Shown here one piece after another: positions 1-9,263 of a DNA stretch of 24,000 bases. A model generated the notes under the pieces. The model was not told the origin of the DNA. It did no database searches and saw only the letters and a program-made list of their open reading frames with translations. Every line of letters begins with the position of its first letter. Position 1 is the first letter of the stretch. A program made the translations under genes and the position numbers. The DNA is from Chlamydia trachomatis (lineage in GTDB: Bacteria > Chlamydiota > Chlamydiia > Chlamydiales > Rhabdochlamydiaceae): assembly GCA_945875745.1 (NCBI GenBank), contig CAMCLJ010000019.1:4305-28304 (forward strand). The letters are read 5' to 3'.

Positions 1-157
1 GATTGATATAAAAGCGGCTAAAAAAAAAGTGAAATATCAACTCTTCTTTAATTGTATTGAGGTATAGACCTAAAAAATCTATACCCCATCCAATTAAAAA
101 TAGGCCTAAAAGTTAGTATGTTTATAAACAACAAAACTTCCAGGCACTATATTATCA

Positions 158-1210
158 TTAAAATGTCTTGGTATACGACATAACAAGAGACGCGAAATTA
201 AAGCTATTTCTCCCTGTTACAGAAAACCAAAGGACACCAAATAAACCCGAAGAGCTGTTTATATTGTATTCTATCGATGGAGAAAGGGAAAGCTGGTCAG
301 AAGAGGGAAAGCCCACTACAGCAGGATCGCCTGTTGCATTAAGACCTGTATAGCCATTAAAAGTACTTTTAGCAGAGGCTGTATATGCTATATCCGTGGC
401 AACAACCCACTGCTGATTTAAGCTTACCTCAAATCCTAAGTCGGCACTAAAAGAAGTACCAACTGTCACTTTACCATCTGTATCAGACGCTCCACCATAC
501 GTATTCAACCCCTTGACGTGGGCTTTACCATTAGGCTGAGTATATAAGGTAGCTAGACGCAGAGACATAGGATGCAGTGGAACGGCCCAAAACACCTTAC
601 TAATATTTAACCCTATCTGGGTGACATAAACTCCACCACCACCAATATCAAGACCATATTTTTTAGGATCCAACTCGTTATAGGCACCGACAGGGAATTT
701 TTCCCCTATAATGATACGGAAGTTGGGAATATATGGAGTCTCTTTATAAATCTGGAAACCGAAGTTTATCGGTATGTCACCTAATGCCTGACCAGAGTGT
801 CCATCTTGCCATGCAAAATACCCCTGGGAAGACACGCCCACATCGAGCCAATGGGTAATACCTGCTGAGATGCTCATTAACGGATTGATAACATACATAT
901 TAGGGATGTTGACCGAGTGCCTGTTGCCATCATATGCAGCGTGGTTGACGGTAAAATATACGTATGGCTGTAAGTTAACCTTACCCATGGGCATGTTAAT
1001 GGCTCCACCGGTAATAAGCGGGCCAGTATACCATGGGATAAACATCTCTTTAGCAAGCTGGAAATCGATTTCAATACTATCGAGATCTTTCGCAAGCTCA
1101 GCTGGGGACCTCACCTGCTGATTAGAGGATTCAGCCTTAACCGCGGCCAAATTAACACCATATAAAGCACCAGATAACAACATCGACGATAAAATCAGGC
1201 GATTGAACAT
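158..1210 (-). CDS. Outer-membrane beta-barrel (porin-like) protein with Sec signal peptide
   Basis: The track ORF is 158..1240 and starts at GTG. I trim it to the ATG at 1210, giving MFNRLILSSMLLSGALYGVNLAAVKA, a classic n-h-c signal peptide. The mature part is rich in Gly, Asn, Ser, Thr and Tyr, with alternating hydrophobic and polar stretches. It ends ...SLVMSYTKTF, and a terminal Phe is the usual BAM beta-signal. The whole protein has no cysteine. The WYTGPLITGG segment near the mature N-terminus is reminiscent of Legionella/Coxiella MOMP-type porins (memory only). Confidence 0.65.
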   Translation of the reverse strand: MFNRLILSSMLLSGALYGVNLAAVKAESSNQQVRSPAELAKDLDSIEIDFQLAKEMFIPWYTGPLITGGAINMPMGKVNLQPYVYFTVNHAAYDGNRHSVNIPNMYVINPLMSISAGITHWLDVGVSSQGYFAWQDGHSGQALGDIPINFGFQIYKETPYIPNFRIIIGEKFPVGAYNELDPKKYGLDIGGGGVYVTQIGLNISKVFWAVPLHPMSLRLATLYTQPNGKAHVKGLNTYGGASDTDGKVTVGTSFSADLGFEVSLNQQWVVATDIAYTASAKSTFNGYTGLNATGDPAVVGFPSSDQLSLSPSIEYNINSSSGLFGVLWFSVTGRNSFNFASLVMSYTKTF

Positions 1211-1282
1211 AAAAACCCCAGTCTTGATTAATATATCCACATATTATATATAAAAATTTTTTAATTAAGCAAAGAGATAATC

Positions 1283-1600
1283 ATGGAAATTTCGAGTACT
1301 AATCGCCCACCGGAAGAACCTTCATACCAAAAAGATTTTCACAGAAGTGTTGATCTCTTTGAAAAAAGTTTCAAAGAAGTGGAGAAATCCTCATTTGATG
1401 GACAAAAAAATCAATACGTTGAAGTGATGAAAGACTCATTATCAATCATGCAAGAAGCAGCTAACGGAATGCTAAATAGCCACCTAGCAGAATTAAAAAA
1501 CAAATTATCTGATGACTTAAATACATATCTTGATGATCCGAATAAAGAGCATAAAAACGCGGTAATGAAAGATATCAAAGAAATAAAAAATAGTGATTAA
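1283..1600 (+). CDS. Hypothetical small acidic protein, predicted all-helical (105 aa)
   Basis: It has an ATG start with a weak AAGAG Shine-Dalgarno about 7 nt upstream. It sits in its own intergenic slot between the porin-like gene and dsbB, with no competing ORF. Composition is rich in Lys, Glu and Asp. I recognise no motif. Confidence 0.5.
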   Translation: MEISSTNRPPEEPSYQKDFHRSVDLFEKSFKEVEKSSFDGQKNQYVEVMKDSLSIMQEAANGMLNSHLAELKNKLSDDLNTYLDDPNKEHKNAVMKDIKEIKNSD

Positions 1601-1719
1601 GCCCTTTTGTCTCAGCATAACGTAAGCAGTTTCATCGATACATCAAGTAAGGATCTTAAAACAGGTAACTACACGATGTTCTAATATTTAAGTAATCCTC
1701 CCTATCCAATACTTATGGT

Positions 1720-2217
1720 TTAGAAACCAACCCCTCGATTAAGTAGCACCGAAAAAGATCCAACTAATGTGGTGATCAATAAAATAAAAAAAAGCCAGCG
1801 GTATACAAGACCCTTGCTTCGATAAAAATTGGATGAATCTTGAAGGATTAACAAAACAGCAACACCCACCATTGAGCTGATAAAGACGATGAGAGACCAA
1901 AAGGGTAGACTCCTTCCAAAAATAATAGGCTGAATCTGCTCTGCGCAACAAAACTTCAATAAGTTATGTCGAATAGCTACAGCTGAACCGACTAAAGCCG
2001 ATAATAAGCAAAGCCCTAAACTTCTGCGGTTATCTTCGCTGAGGTTAATCAACAAAGATAAAGCCGCAACCATCATGCCAATCCTTTGCAAATAACATAA
2101 AGCGCAAGGTTTATAGTCTAACACCCATTCGACAAAATACCCTCCCCCTACAACAAGTATCAAAATAAGAAAGAAAGTTATATGGAGTACTAAGTGTAGC
2201 TGTTTCTTCCAAAGCAT
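1720..2217 (-). CDS. dsbB: Disulfide bond formation protein B (DsbB family), atypical second loop
   Basis: YKPCALCYLQRIGMMVAALSLL aligns with E. coli DsbB [22 protein letters not shown], which carries the CxxC in periplasmic loop 1. FCCAEQ aligns with E. coli GDCAERQ around Cys130. The protein is hydrophobic and multi-span. I trim the start from the GTG at 2229 to the ATG at 2217, which has a GAGGTG Shine-Dalgarno 9 nt upstream. Confidence 0.75.
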   Translation of the reverse strand: MLWKKQLHLVLHITFFLILILVVGGGYFVEWVLDYKPCALCYLQRIGMMVAALSLLINLSEDNRRSLGLCLLSALVGSAVAIRHNLLKFCCAEQIQPIIFGRSLPFWSLIVFISSMVGVAVLLILQDSSNFYRSKGLVYRWLFFILLITTLVGSFSVLLNRGVGF

Positions 2218-2509
2218 TGCAGTTACCACCTCATATTAAGGTGTGAGGTCATATGAAAAATCAGGTTCCATACACAAAAAATCAATATAAGGACTCCGAC
2301 AGCGATCGCCAACTTATAGAAAGAGCGAGCAAGAAAAAAAAGAGCGAGCAATAAAAGAACAAATATAAAAATCATGATTGAAAATTTTTATTAACAATGG
2401 CTAATATATCCGGTTTTTTGATTAAATCCTCAAGCAGCTTTTTGACTTTTGCTCACCTGCTGTGTTAGACTCCCTGGCAGACCTCGAACAATCCAAAGGA
2501 TCGACGCCC

Positions 2510-5140
2510 ATGATTTCTCAAGAAATACGCAGAAATTTTCTCCAATACTTCAAAAATCAAGACCATCATATTATCCCATCATCCTCTGTTGTTCCCCATG
2601 AAGACCCAACGCTTTTATTTACAAACGCAGGGATGAACCAGTTTAAAGACGTCTTTCTTGGAAAAAGTGAAAGAGATTTTACAAAAGCTGCTACCTCTCA
2701 AAAATGCATTCGAGTAGGGGGGAAACACAATGACTTGGACAATGTGGGACATACAACAAGGCATCTAACATTTTTTGAAATGCTTGGAAACTTTTCTTTT
2801 GGAGACTACTTTAAAGAAAAAGCGATTGAATTTGCGTGGCAAGTAACAACTGAAGTTTTTCAGTTTAATCCAGAACAAGTCTGGGTGACTGTCTTTCAAG
2901 AAGATCCAGAAGCGTATGAACTGTGGAGAAAATGGGTCCCTGAAAATAAAATTGTTCTAATGGGAGAAAAAGATAACTTCTGGTCTATGGGCGATACAGG
3001 CCCTTGCGGTCCGTGCTCTGAGCTGTTATTTGACAGAGGAAGTAAATATGGGAATGCATCGTCTCCCAAACATGATTTAACAGGGGAACGTTATCTTGAA
3101 TTTTGGAATCTTGTGTTTATGCAATTCAATAGAGATAGCTCTGGCACACTCACCAACCTGCCTAAACAATCGATTGATACGGGCGCGGGACTCGAAAGAA
3201 TCGCATCGCTTAGAATGAATGTAGATAATGTCTTTGCAACTGATATTTTCAGAAGTTTGATTGCTCAAATCGAAATAGTAACTGGAAAAAGATACAACCC
3301 ACAAGACGTTCATACCGCACCAGCATTCCATGTAATTGCTGATCATATTAGATCGTTATCATTTGCGATTGCAGATGGCGCTCAACCAAGCAATATAGAA
3401 AGAGGCTATGTTCTACGTAAAATCCTCAGAAGAGCTGTACGCTACGGCAAAGTCCTTGATAAACAGGAACCTTTTCTAGCTAAGATACTACCCCGTCTTA
3501 TTGATGTCATGGGTCAAGACTATCCTGAGCTGACCACCTCGGAACATCGAATCGGCGAAATTCTGACTCTTGAAGAAGAATCTTTTTTCAAAACACTCAA
3601 ACGTGGGGGAAACCTCTTGCAACAGGTGTTAGACCAGGCAAAGGAAAGTCCCACTAAACAAATCAGTGGGGAACAGGCTTTTAAGCTTAAAGACACCTAT
3701 GGATTTCCTTTAGAAGAAATTCTACTTCTTGCCAAAGATACAGGGGTGGATGTGAATCTAGAATCGTATGAAATGCTAGAACATCAGGCAAAACAAAAAT
3801 CACGCAGCGCCCAAACAACTCACACCCAAGAAGCAGAGTCCAATCTATTCAAAGATTTTACAGACAAACACGGCAAATCTGTTTTTACAGGCTTCCACTC
3901 CACAGAAGGGGAAGGAACGGTAATCGGCTTAGTACATGAAGGCATGTTTGTCGATGTATTAAAACACGGACAAGAGGGTCTTGTTATCTTAGATAGAACC
4001 CCGTTTTATGCAGAAAAAGGGGGACAGACTGGCGATGTAGGGACTTTAAATCATCGGAGCGCACATTTTATCGTTACTTCATCCACAAGCCCTTACCCTG
4101 ATGTAATTATCCATGCAGGAAAAATGGGTGACGGGGACTTAATTGTAGGTGAGCCGGTTAATGCGCTTGTCGATGTGAAAAGAAGACAAAAAATTGCAAA
4201 CAACCATACAGCTACACACTTACTCCACTATGCACTTGAAAAAGTCTTAGGAGGACATATTAAGCAAGCAGGATCTCTGGTAGAAGAAACCAGGCTCCGT
4301 TTTGATTTTAATCATCACAAATCACTTTCTACCGATGAGCTATTACAAATCGAGCGGATGATCAATGAAAAGATTCGGGACAACCAGAAGGTATCTGATT
4401 ACGAGCTCTCTTACGAAGATGCACAAAAGCGCTCAGATATCAAACAATTCTTCGGAGAAAAATACGGGCGTACAGTACGTGTTGTTGACATGGATTTTTC
4501 TAAAGAACTCTGTGGAGGCACTCATGCAAGTTATACTGGATCAATCGGGTTGCTGCGGATTCAAAAAGAAAGCAGCATCGCATCAGGTGTACGCCGAATT
4601 GAAGCTGTCACAGGAGAAGAAGCTGAAAAGTGGCTTTATAATCAACAGCAAATCTTAGAAGAGGCCTGCTCTCTTTTAAAAACACCCGAAGAGAAATTGA
4701 CTGAAAAACTAAAAACCCTTCTTGCAGAACACAAAGAGATGTCCTTACAAATGAAGGCAGTAAAACGGGCAAATATAAAGACTCTTTCTATGCAAATTGC
4801 AAAAAAGGCAGAACTAATCGGCAATATACTGGTTATTGCAGAAATCATGCCCGTACCCCCAGAAGATTTACCCGTTCTTGTTGAAGATATCATGCAAACC
4901 AAAGAGCCGCTTGTTACGATAGCTGCAACCCAAGCAGAGGGTAGATGTAACCTGATTATCACCTGTTCTGCTGCAGCTATAAAACATGGAGTCCATGCAG
5001 GAAATATCATTAAAGAAATCGCTCCTCTCATCGGTGGTAAAGGAGGAGGGAAAGCTGAAAGTGCTCAAGCAGGAGGGTCAATACCACAGGGCCTTGAAGA
5101 AGCTTTTAAGAAAGCCAAAGGAATAATTAGATCGTTGTGA
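2510..5140 (+). CDS. alaS: Alanine--tRNA ligase
   Basis: Canonical AlaRS N-terminus: MISQEIRRNFLQYFKNQDHHIIPSSSVVPHEDPTLLFTNAGMNQFKD. The FEMLGNFSFGDYFK motif is present. Editing-domain motifs NNHTATHLLHYAL and CGGTH are present. The C-terminus is DHHA1-like (GGKGGGK...AQAGG). The track ORF begins at GTG 2462. Homologues start at the Met corresponding to ATG 2510. Confidence 0.95.
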   Translation: MISQEIRRNFLQYFKNQDHHIIPSSSVVPHEDPTLLFTNAGMNQFKDVFLGKSERDFTKAATSQKCIRVGGKHNDLDNVGHTTRHLTFFEMLGNFSFGDYFKEKAIEFAWQVTTEVFQFNPEQVWVTVFQEDPEAYELWRKWVPENKIVLMGEKDNFWSMGDTGPCGPCSELLFDRGSKYGNASSPKHDLTGERYLEFWNLVFMQFNRDSSGTLTNLPKQSIDTGAGLERIASLRMNVDNVFATDIFRSLIAQIEIVTGKRYNPQDVHTAPAFHVIADHIRSLSFAIADGAQPSNIERGYVLRKILRRAVRYGKVLDKQEPFLAKILPRLIDVMGQDYPELTTSEHRIGEILTLEEESFFKTLKRGGNLLQQVLDQAKESPTKQISGEQAFKLKDTYGFPLEEILLLAKDTGVDVNLESYEMLEHQAKQKSRSAQTTHTQEAESNLFKDFTDKHGKSVFTGFHSTEGEGTVIGLVHEGMFVDVLKHGQEGLVILDRTPFYAEKGGQTGDVGTLNHRSAHFIVTSSTSPYPDVIIHAGKMGDGDLIVGEPVNALVDVKRRQKIANNHTATHLLHYALEKVLGGHIKQAGSLVEETRLRFDFNHHKSLSTDELLQIERMINEKIRDNQKVSDYELSYEDAQKRSDIKQFFGEKYGRTVRVVDMDFSKELCGGTHASYTGSIGLLRIQKESSIASGVRRIEAVTGEEAEKWLYNQQQILEEACSLLKTPEEKLTEKLKTLLAEHKEMSLQMKAVKRANIKTLSMQIAKKAELIGNILVIAEIMPVPPEDLPVLVEDIMQTKEPLVTIAATQAEGRCNLIITCSAAAIKHGVHAGNIIKEIAPLIGGKGGGKAESAQAGGSIPQGLEEAFKKAKGIIRSL

Positions 5141-8100
5141 TTAAAAAAATCTTAAAAAGTCCAAGTCTTGATTTTTTTTACCATCAAGCACTGAAAGAGA
5201 GCAGCCTGCTTATAGAAGGTCTATGGGATGCCCCAAAGGCCCTCATTTGCTTACTTGCTGCTCAATCTACAGGTAAGCACATTGTCATCATCTCCGGTTC
5301 TCGAGAAGATAAACTTCTCGACGACCTTACCTATTTTCATCCCTCAGGAGTCCTTGACCTTTTGCCATGGGAGACCCTTCCAGGAGAAGATATACCCCCT
5401 AGCTCAGATATTACAGGCAAACGATTAGAGATCTTACATACACTGGCCCATGACTCATCCCCTAAGATTATTCACTGCTCACTACAAGCCCTTTTGCAAA
5501 GAACAATCCACCCGGATACGATTAAAAAAACATGCCATCAGTGGAAAAAAGGGGACCTCATTCCTTTTGCGAAGCTAAGCGACCTATTGATTAACCTAGG
5601 ATACAAAAAACTGCCTGTCGCCTCTGAAAAAGGGGAATTTGCAGTCCGCGGAGGGATTTTAGATATCTTTCCTATTTCCTCGATAGAGCCCTACCGTTTA
5701 GATTTTTTTGGAGATACCCTGGAGACCATACGAACCTACGATCCGATAGGACAAAAATCGATTAAGCAGGTAGATAAGATTTTTTTAAGTCCCGCATCTG
5801 AGTGGCACTGCCTAAAAGAAGAATCTAATCCATCTTTACTTTGGGACTACCTGGGAAGTAACACGCTGGTAGTCTTTAATGAGCTGCTAAACTTAGAAGA
5901 TCATCATGTAAGCCTGCAAGGATTACCAGGGAGTAAAACACCGTTTTTCTCCTCACTAAACGAACACATGAAAAGAATAGAGGGGCTTCAAAAGATCCTG
6001 TTATCAGAACAACTGGCTGAAGATCTCTCGGTAGTCCAGCTAGAACCAAGAAAAGGCAGAAGCTTTTATTCCGGTAAAGACCCTCTGCAAGGACTCTCTT
6101 TTTCTTTTGCTGGAATAGATTTGCAGACCAAAAGGTGGCGTCACCCCTTCATTGGAATCCATGATTTTTTAGCTCTGCCCGACCAAAAGACAGCAATCCA
6201 GCCGGATGAATTTCTAGCTTCTTTATCAAGACTTGCTAAGTCAGCTGTAGAATTGCATATAATCAGTGGGTCTGAGGCTGAAGAAAAAAAATTAGAGCAG
6301 AGAATTGCTCATCAGGGTGTTATTCTTCCGAAACACACCTGTTTTGATCGAGGCTACTTGACCTCTGGGTTTGTGTTAGAAGATAGTCAACTGATTATCC
6401 TACCGCAAACAGAGATCACCCGCCGTTATAAACCAAGACGTCAACAATGGCGTAGCGCCCATCATACACCAGCCTCCGAGTTTCATGAACTCTGTCCAGG
6501 AGACATCATCGTCCATTTTCATAATGGGATTGGCAAATTTTTAGGTGTTGAAAAAAAACCAAATCACTTAGGAGACCCATCCGAATATTTGGTAATAGAA
6601 TATGCAAGTTCTAGCAAGCTCTTCGTCCCTATTGCACAATCCCACCTAGTTAGCCGTTATATCGGTTCGAGTGAACAGATCCCGACACTGAGCGCTTTGG
6701 GATCCTCCAAATGGATGAAAACATGCATACAGGCACAAACTGCAATCATCGGCTATGCAAAAGAGCTTCTTGAACGGACAGCTCAACGGGAACTTAAGGG
6801 GGGCTTCTCTTTCCTTGCTGATTCAGAAGAGATGGAATTATTTGAAGAAGAATTTCCCTTCGTTGCAACAGAAGACCAACTCAGAGCTGTAGCTGAAATT
6901 AAAAACGACATGATGTCGTCTAAAGCTATGGACCGATTAATTTGCGGTGATGTCGGATACGGGAAAACAGAGGTCGCTATGCGGGCGGCATTTAAAGCTG
7001 TTGTTGATGGAAAAAAACAGGTGGCTGTTTTAGTGCCCACCACACTCCTTGCCGTCCAACATTTTGAAAACTTTAGAGACAGAATGGTAAACTTTCCCAT
7101 TCAAGTAGCTGTTGTATCCCGTTTTATGTCTAATAAAGAAATTAAAGAAACGCTTAAAAAAGTAGCAAGCGGCTCTGTTGATATTTTGATAGGCACTCAC
7201 CGTATTATTAGCGCAGATGTTGTGTTTAAAGACCTAGGACTCATTATTATCGATGAAGAACAACGTTTTGGCGTTCGAGCTAAAGAACACTTAAAAAAAG
7301 CGATCTTAGGAGTAGACTGCTTAACCCTGTCTGCTACTCCTATCCCTAGAACCCTCTATATGTCTCTTATTGGGGCAAAAGAAATTTCGGTAATCAACAC
7401 CCCTCCTCAGGACAGACTGCCTATAAAAAGTGTCTTGGCAGATAGAGACCCCCTTCTGATTCAAAATGCACTTCTTAGAGAACTATCTCGTGATGGGCAG
7501 TCATATTTTATCCACAACAGGGTCGAATCGATCTTTCAGGTAAAGGAAGAACTACAAAAACTACTTCCACAAGCACGGATTGTTGTAGGTCACGGACAAA
7601 TGAGCTCCGATGATATCGATGAGGTCTTTCATTCTTTCAAAAGTGGTATGGCAGATATTTTCGTTGCAACAACGATTGTAGAAAACGGGATAGATATTCC
7701 CAATGCCAATACGATCTTAATCGATAAAGCCGATCAGTTTGGTATGGCAGATCTCTATCAACTAAGGGGCCGTGTTGGGCGCTGGAACAGGCCCGCATAC
7801 GCCTACTTTTTGACAACTAAAGGACAGAGGATGCCCGAGCTCTCCCGTAAAAGGCTCTATGCATTAATCGAGTCGTCAGGGCATGGAGGGGGAATGAAGG
7901 TAGCTATGAGGGATCTAGAAATACGTGGTGCTGGCGATATTCTCGGAGTGCAACAATCTGGTCAAATCTCAGCAATAGGATTTCACCTCTACTGCAAATT
8001 ACTTAAAAAAACAGTTGATGCACTTAAAAAGAAGCAGCCGATCCATTTCCTTGAAACAAAAATCGAAAGCTCTATGGAGGCTAGAATCCCAGATGAATAC

Positions 8101-8427
8101 ATTAACGAACCAAGCCTTCGAATGGAAATCTATCATCGCCTAGGAGAGGCCAGTGGATCTGCAGATGTAAGCTCTCTTTTAGAAGAAATACAGGACCGGT
8201 TTGGACCTGCTCCCGAAAGCGTACTATGGCTGTGCTGCCTTACGAAAATCCGTCTTTTTGCAGCAGCAAAGGCGATATCTTGGATTAAGTTCGACAAGCT
8301 CACCATGAGCTTTGAACAGCAGCAAGGAAAGGACTCTTACAAAAAAACCCTATCGCTGCCTGCCAAGAAAAACCCTGAAGCATTCGAAAAGGCGGTCATC
8401 GATCTACTAGGGAGCAGACCGACCTAA
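5137..8427 (+). CDS. mfd: Transcription-repair coupling factor
   Basis: 1096 aa. It has a CarD/TRCF RNAP-interaction-like segment (VHFHNGIGKFLG...YLVIEYA...KLFVP). Superfamily-2 helicase motifs are present: GDVGYGKTEVA (Walker A), IIDEEQRFG and LYQLRGRVGR. The GTG start at 5137 overlaps the alaS TGA stop, reading GTGA. Confidence 0.95.
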   Translation: MIKKILKSPSLDFFYHQALKESSLLIEGLWDAPKALICLLAAQSTGKHIVIISGSREDKLLDDLTYFHPSGVLDLLPWETLPGEDIPPSSDITGKRLEILHTLAHDSSPKIIHCSLQALLQRTIHPDTIKKTCHQWKKGDLIPFAKLSDLLINLGYKKLPVASEKGEFAVRGGILDIFPISSIEPYRLDFFGDTLETIRTYDPIGQKSIKQVDKIFLSPASEWHCLKEESNPSLLWDYLGSNTLVVFNELLNLEDHHVSLQGLPGSKTPFFSSLNEHMKRIEGLQKILLSEQLAEDLSVVQLEPRKGRSFYSGKDPLQGLSFSFAGIDLQTKRWRHPFIGIHDFLALPDQKTAIQPDEFLASLSRLAKSAVELHIISGSEAEEKKLEQRIAHQGVILPKHTCFDRGYLTSGFVLEDSQLIILPQTEITRRYKPRRQQWRSAHHTPASEFHELCPGDIIVHFHNGIGKFLGVEKKPNHLGDPSEYLVIEYASSSKLFVPIAQSHLVSRYIGSSEQIPTLSALGSSKWMKTCIQAQTAIIGYAKELLERTAQRELKGGFSFLADSEEMELFEEEFPFVATEDQLRAVAEIKNDMMSSKAMDRLICGDVGYGKTEVAMRAAFKAVVDGKKQVAVLVPTTLLAVQHFENFRDRMVNFPIQVAVVSRFMSNKEIKETLKKVASGSVDILIGTHRIISADVVFKDLGLIIIDEEQRFGVRAKEHLKKAILGVDCLTLSATPIPRTLYMSLIGAKEISVINTPPQDRLPIKSVLADRDPLLIQNALLRELSRDGQSYFIHNRVESIFQVKEELQKLLPQARIVVGHGQMSSDDIDEVFHSFKSGMADIFVATTIVENGIDIPNANTILIDKADQFGMADLYQLRGRVGRWNRPAYAYFLTTKGQRMPELSRKRLYALIESSGHGGGMKVAMRDLEIRGAGDILGVQQSGQISAIGFHLYCKLLKKTVDALKKKQPIHFLETKIESSMEARIPDEYINEPSLRMEIYHRLGEASGSADVSSLLEEIQDRFGPAPESVLWLCCLTKIRLFAAAKAISWIKFDKLTMSFEQQQGKDSYKKTLSLPAKKNPEAFEKAVIDLLGSRPT

Positions 8428-8438
8428 CCAAATACCCC

Positions 8439-9263
8439 TTATCCTTCTTTAGGAAGCTTTGGGGTGCCAAGACCTATATTTCTATGATAGGAACCCTTAA
8501 CAAGCTGTCCTTGCAGATCAGCTGCGTGTTTCAAAATCTTAACACCTTTTTCTACATGGTCTGCCATGTAAAGGTCATAGACAGATGCCGCACTTTTTTT
8601 AGTTTTTACCCCATCGGCATTTAACGGAAGATCTGAGATAAGAAGAAGGGCTCCGAGGGTAAATTTTCTTTTATAGCTAGCCGCAAATAATGTAGCGCAT
8701 TCCATCTCAATGGCTTGAGCCTTCGTTATTTTGAGTCTGTTTTTAAATTCTTCATTGAACTCCCAAAAGCGCATATTCGTCGTATAAGTAATGCCGATAT
8801 GGTAAGTTGCTTTTTGCTCTTCTAAAACATCTGTAGTAGCTTTTTGCATTAAAAAATTTGCAAGAGCTGGCACATCGGATGGAAAATAAAAGTCTGATGT
8901 CCCCTCTCCTCTAATACTTGCAACAGGAACCAAGTACTCTCCTACCTTATAACGGCGACGCAGGCCGCCACACATACCCAATAACACACTCGATTTAAAA
9001 GGGAGAAAAGAACACAGATCCACAACAAGTGCAGCGGCTGGAGAGCCAATTTTAAAATCTAAAATACTAATTCCTTCATCTGGACAATGAGCCACTTTAA
9101 AGACTGAGCCATCAACAACCGGCACCCCTCGAGTTTTAGCAAAATACTCAACGTACTTAGGGAAATTTGTCAGTAAAAGATTGGGTTGAAACTGACCTAC
9201 ATCGCACCCTGAATATCGCTCTAGAGTCTCTTTTGCAAACTGTTCTTCCTGAATCCCAACCAT
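8439..9263 (-). CDS. amn: Nucleoside phosphorylase-I fold protein, AMP nucleosidase-like (short form)
   Basis: PNP/UDP-family motifs LLGMCGGLRRR and AIEMECATLFAA are present. The length of about 274 aa matches the catalytic-domain-only amn annotated in Chlamydiaceae (memory). I trim the start from TTG 9272 to ATG 9263, which has an AAAGG Shine-Dalgarno about 10 nt upstream. Confidence 0.65.
   Translation of the reverse strand: MVGIQEEQFAKETLERYSGCDVGQFQPNLLLTNFPKYVEYFAKTRGVPVVDGSVFKVAHCPDEGISILDFKIGSPAAALVVDLCSFLPFKSSVLLGMCGGLRRRYKVGEYLVPVASIRGEGTSDFYFPSDVPALANFLMQKATTDVLEEQKATYHIGITYTTNMRFWEFNEEFKNRLKITKAQAIEMECATLFAASYKRKFTLGALLLISDLPLNADGVKTKKSAASVYDLYMADHVEKGVKILKHAADLQGQLVKGSYHRNIGLGTPKLPKEG

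Noticed and set aside
61-85. Hairpin GGTATAGA-N9-TCTATACC between the porin-like gene's 3' end and a possible plus-strand ORF tail that ends at TAG 64-66.
   Set aside because: - It has an 8-bp AT-rich stem and a 9-nt loop.
- There is no U-tract in either direction.
- It could be a bidirectional terminator but is too weak to call.
- The 21-codon edge ORF cannot be supported.
168-1121. Plus- and minus-strand ORFs 168..353, 870..1121 and 877..1095, nested in or antisense to the porin-like gene.
   Set aside because: - They are shadow ORFs inside a longer ORF that has coherent signal peptide and beta-barrel features.
- They have no Shine-Dalgarno sequences.
- Their composition is odd.
2322-2407. 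Direct repeat AGAGCGAGCAA x2 (about 2323-2351), and a possible alaS promoter: TTGAAA (2378-2383), 18 nt, then TAATAT (2402-2407).
   Set aside because: - The repeat is only 11 nt with 2 copies and has no obvious function.
- The promoter has an 18-nt spacer and a 4/6 match at -10, in AT-rich DNA where such matches are frequent.
- I left it unannotated.
3077-7100. Nested or antisense ORFs within alaS and mfd: 3077..3346, 4365..4658, 4642..5031, 4868..5068, 5228..5428 and 6783..7100.
   Set aside because: They are all embedded in genes whose full-length translations carry unmistakable family motifs. These are typical antisense or off-frame shadows.
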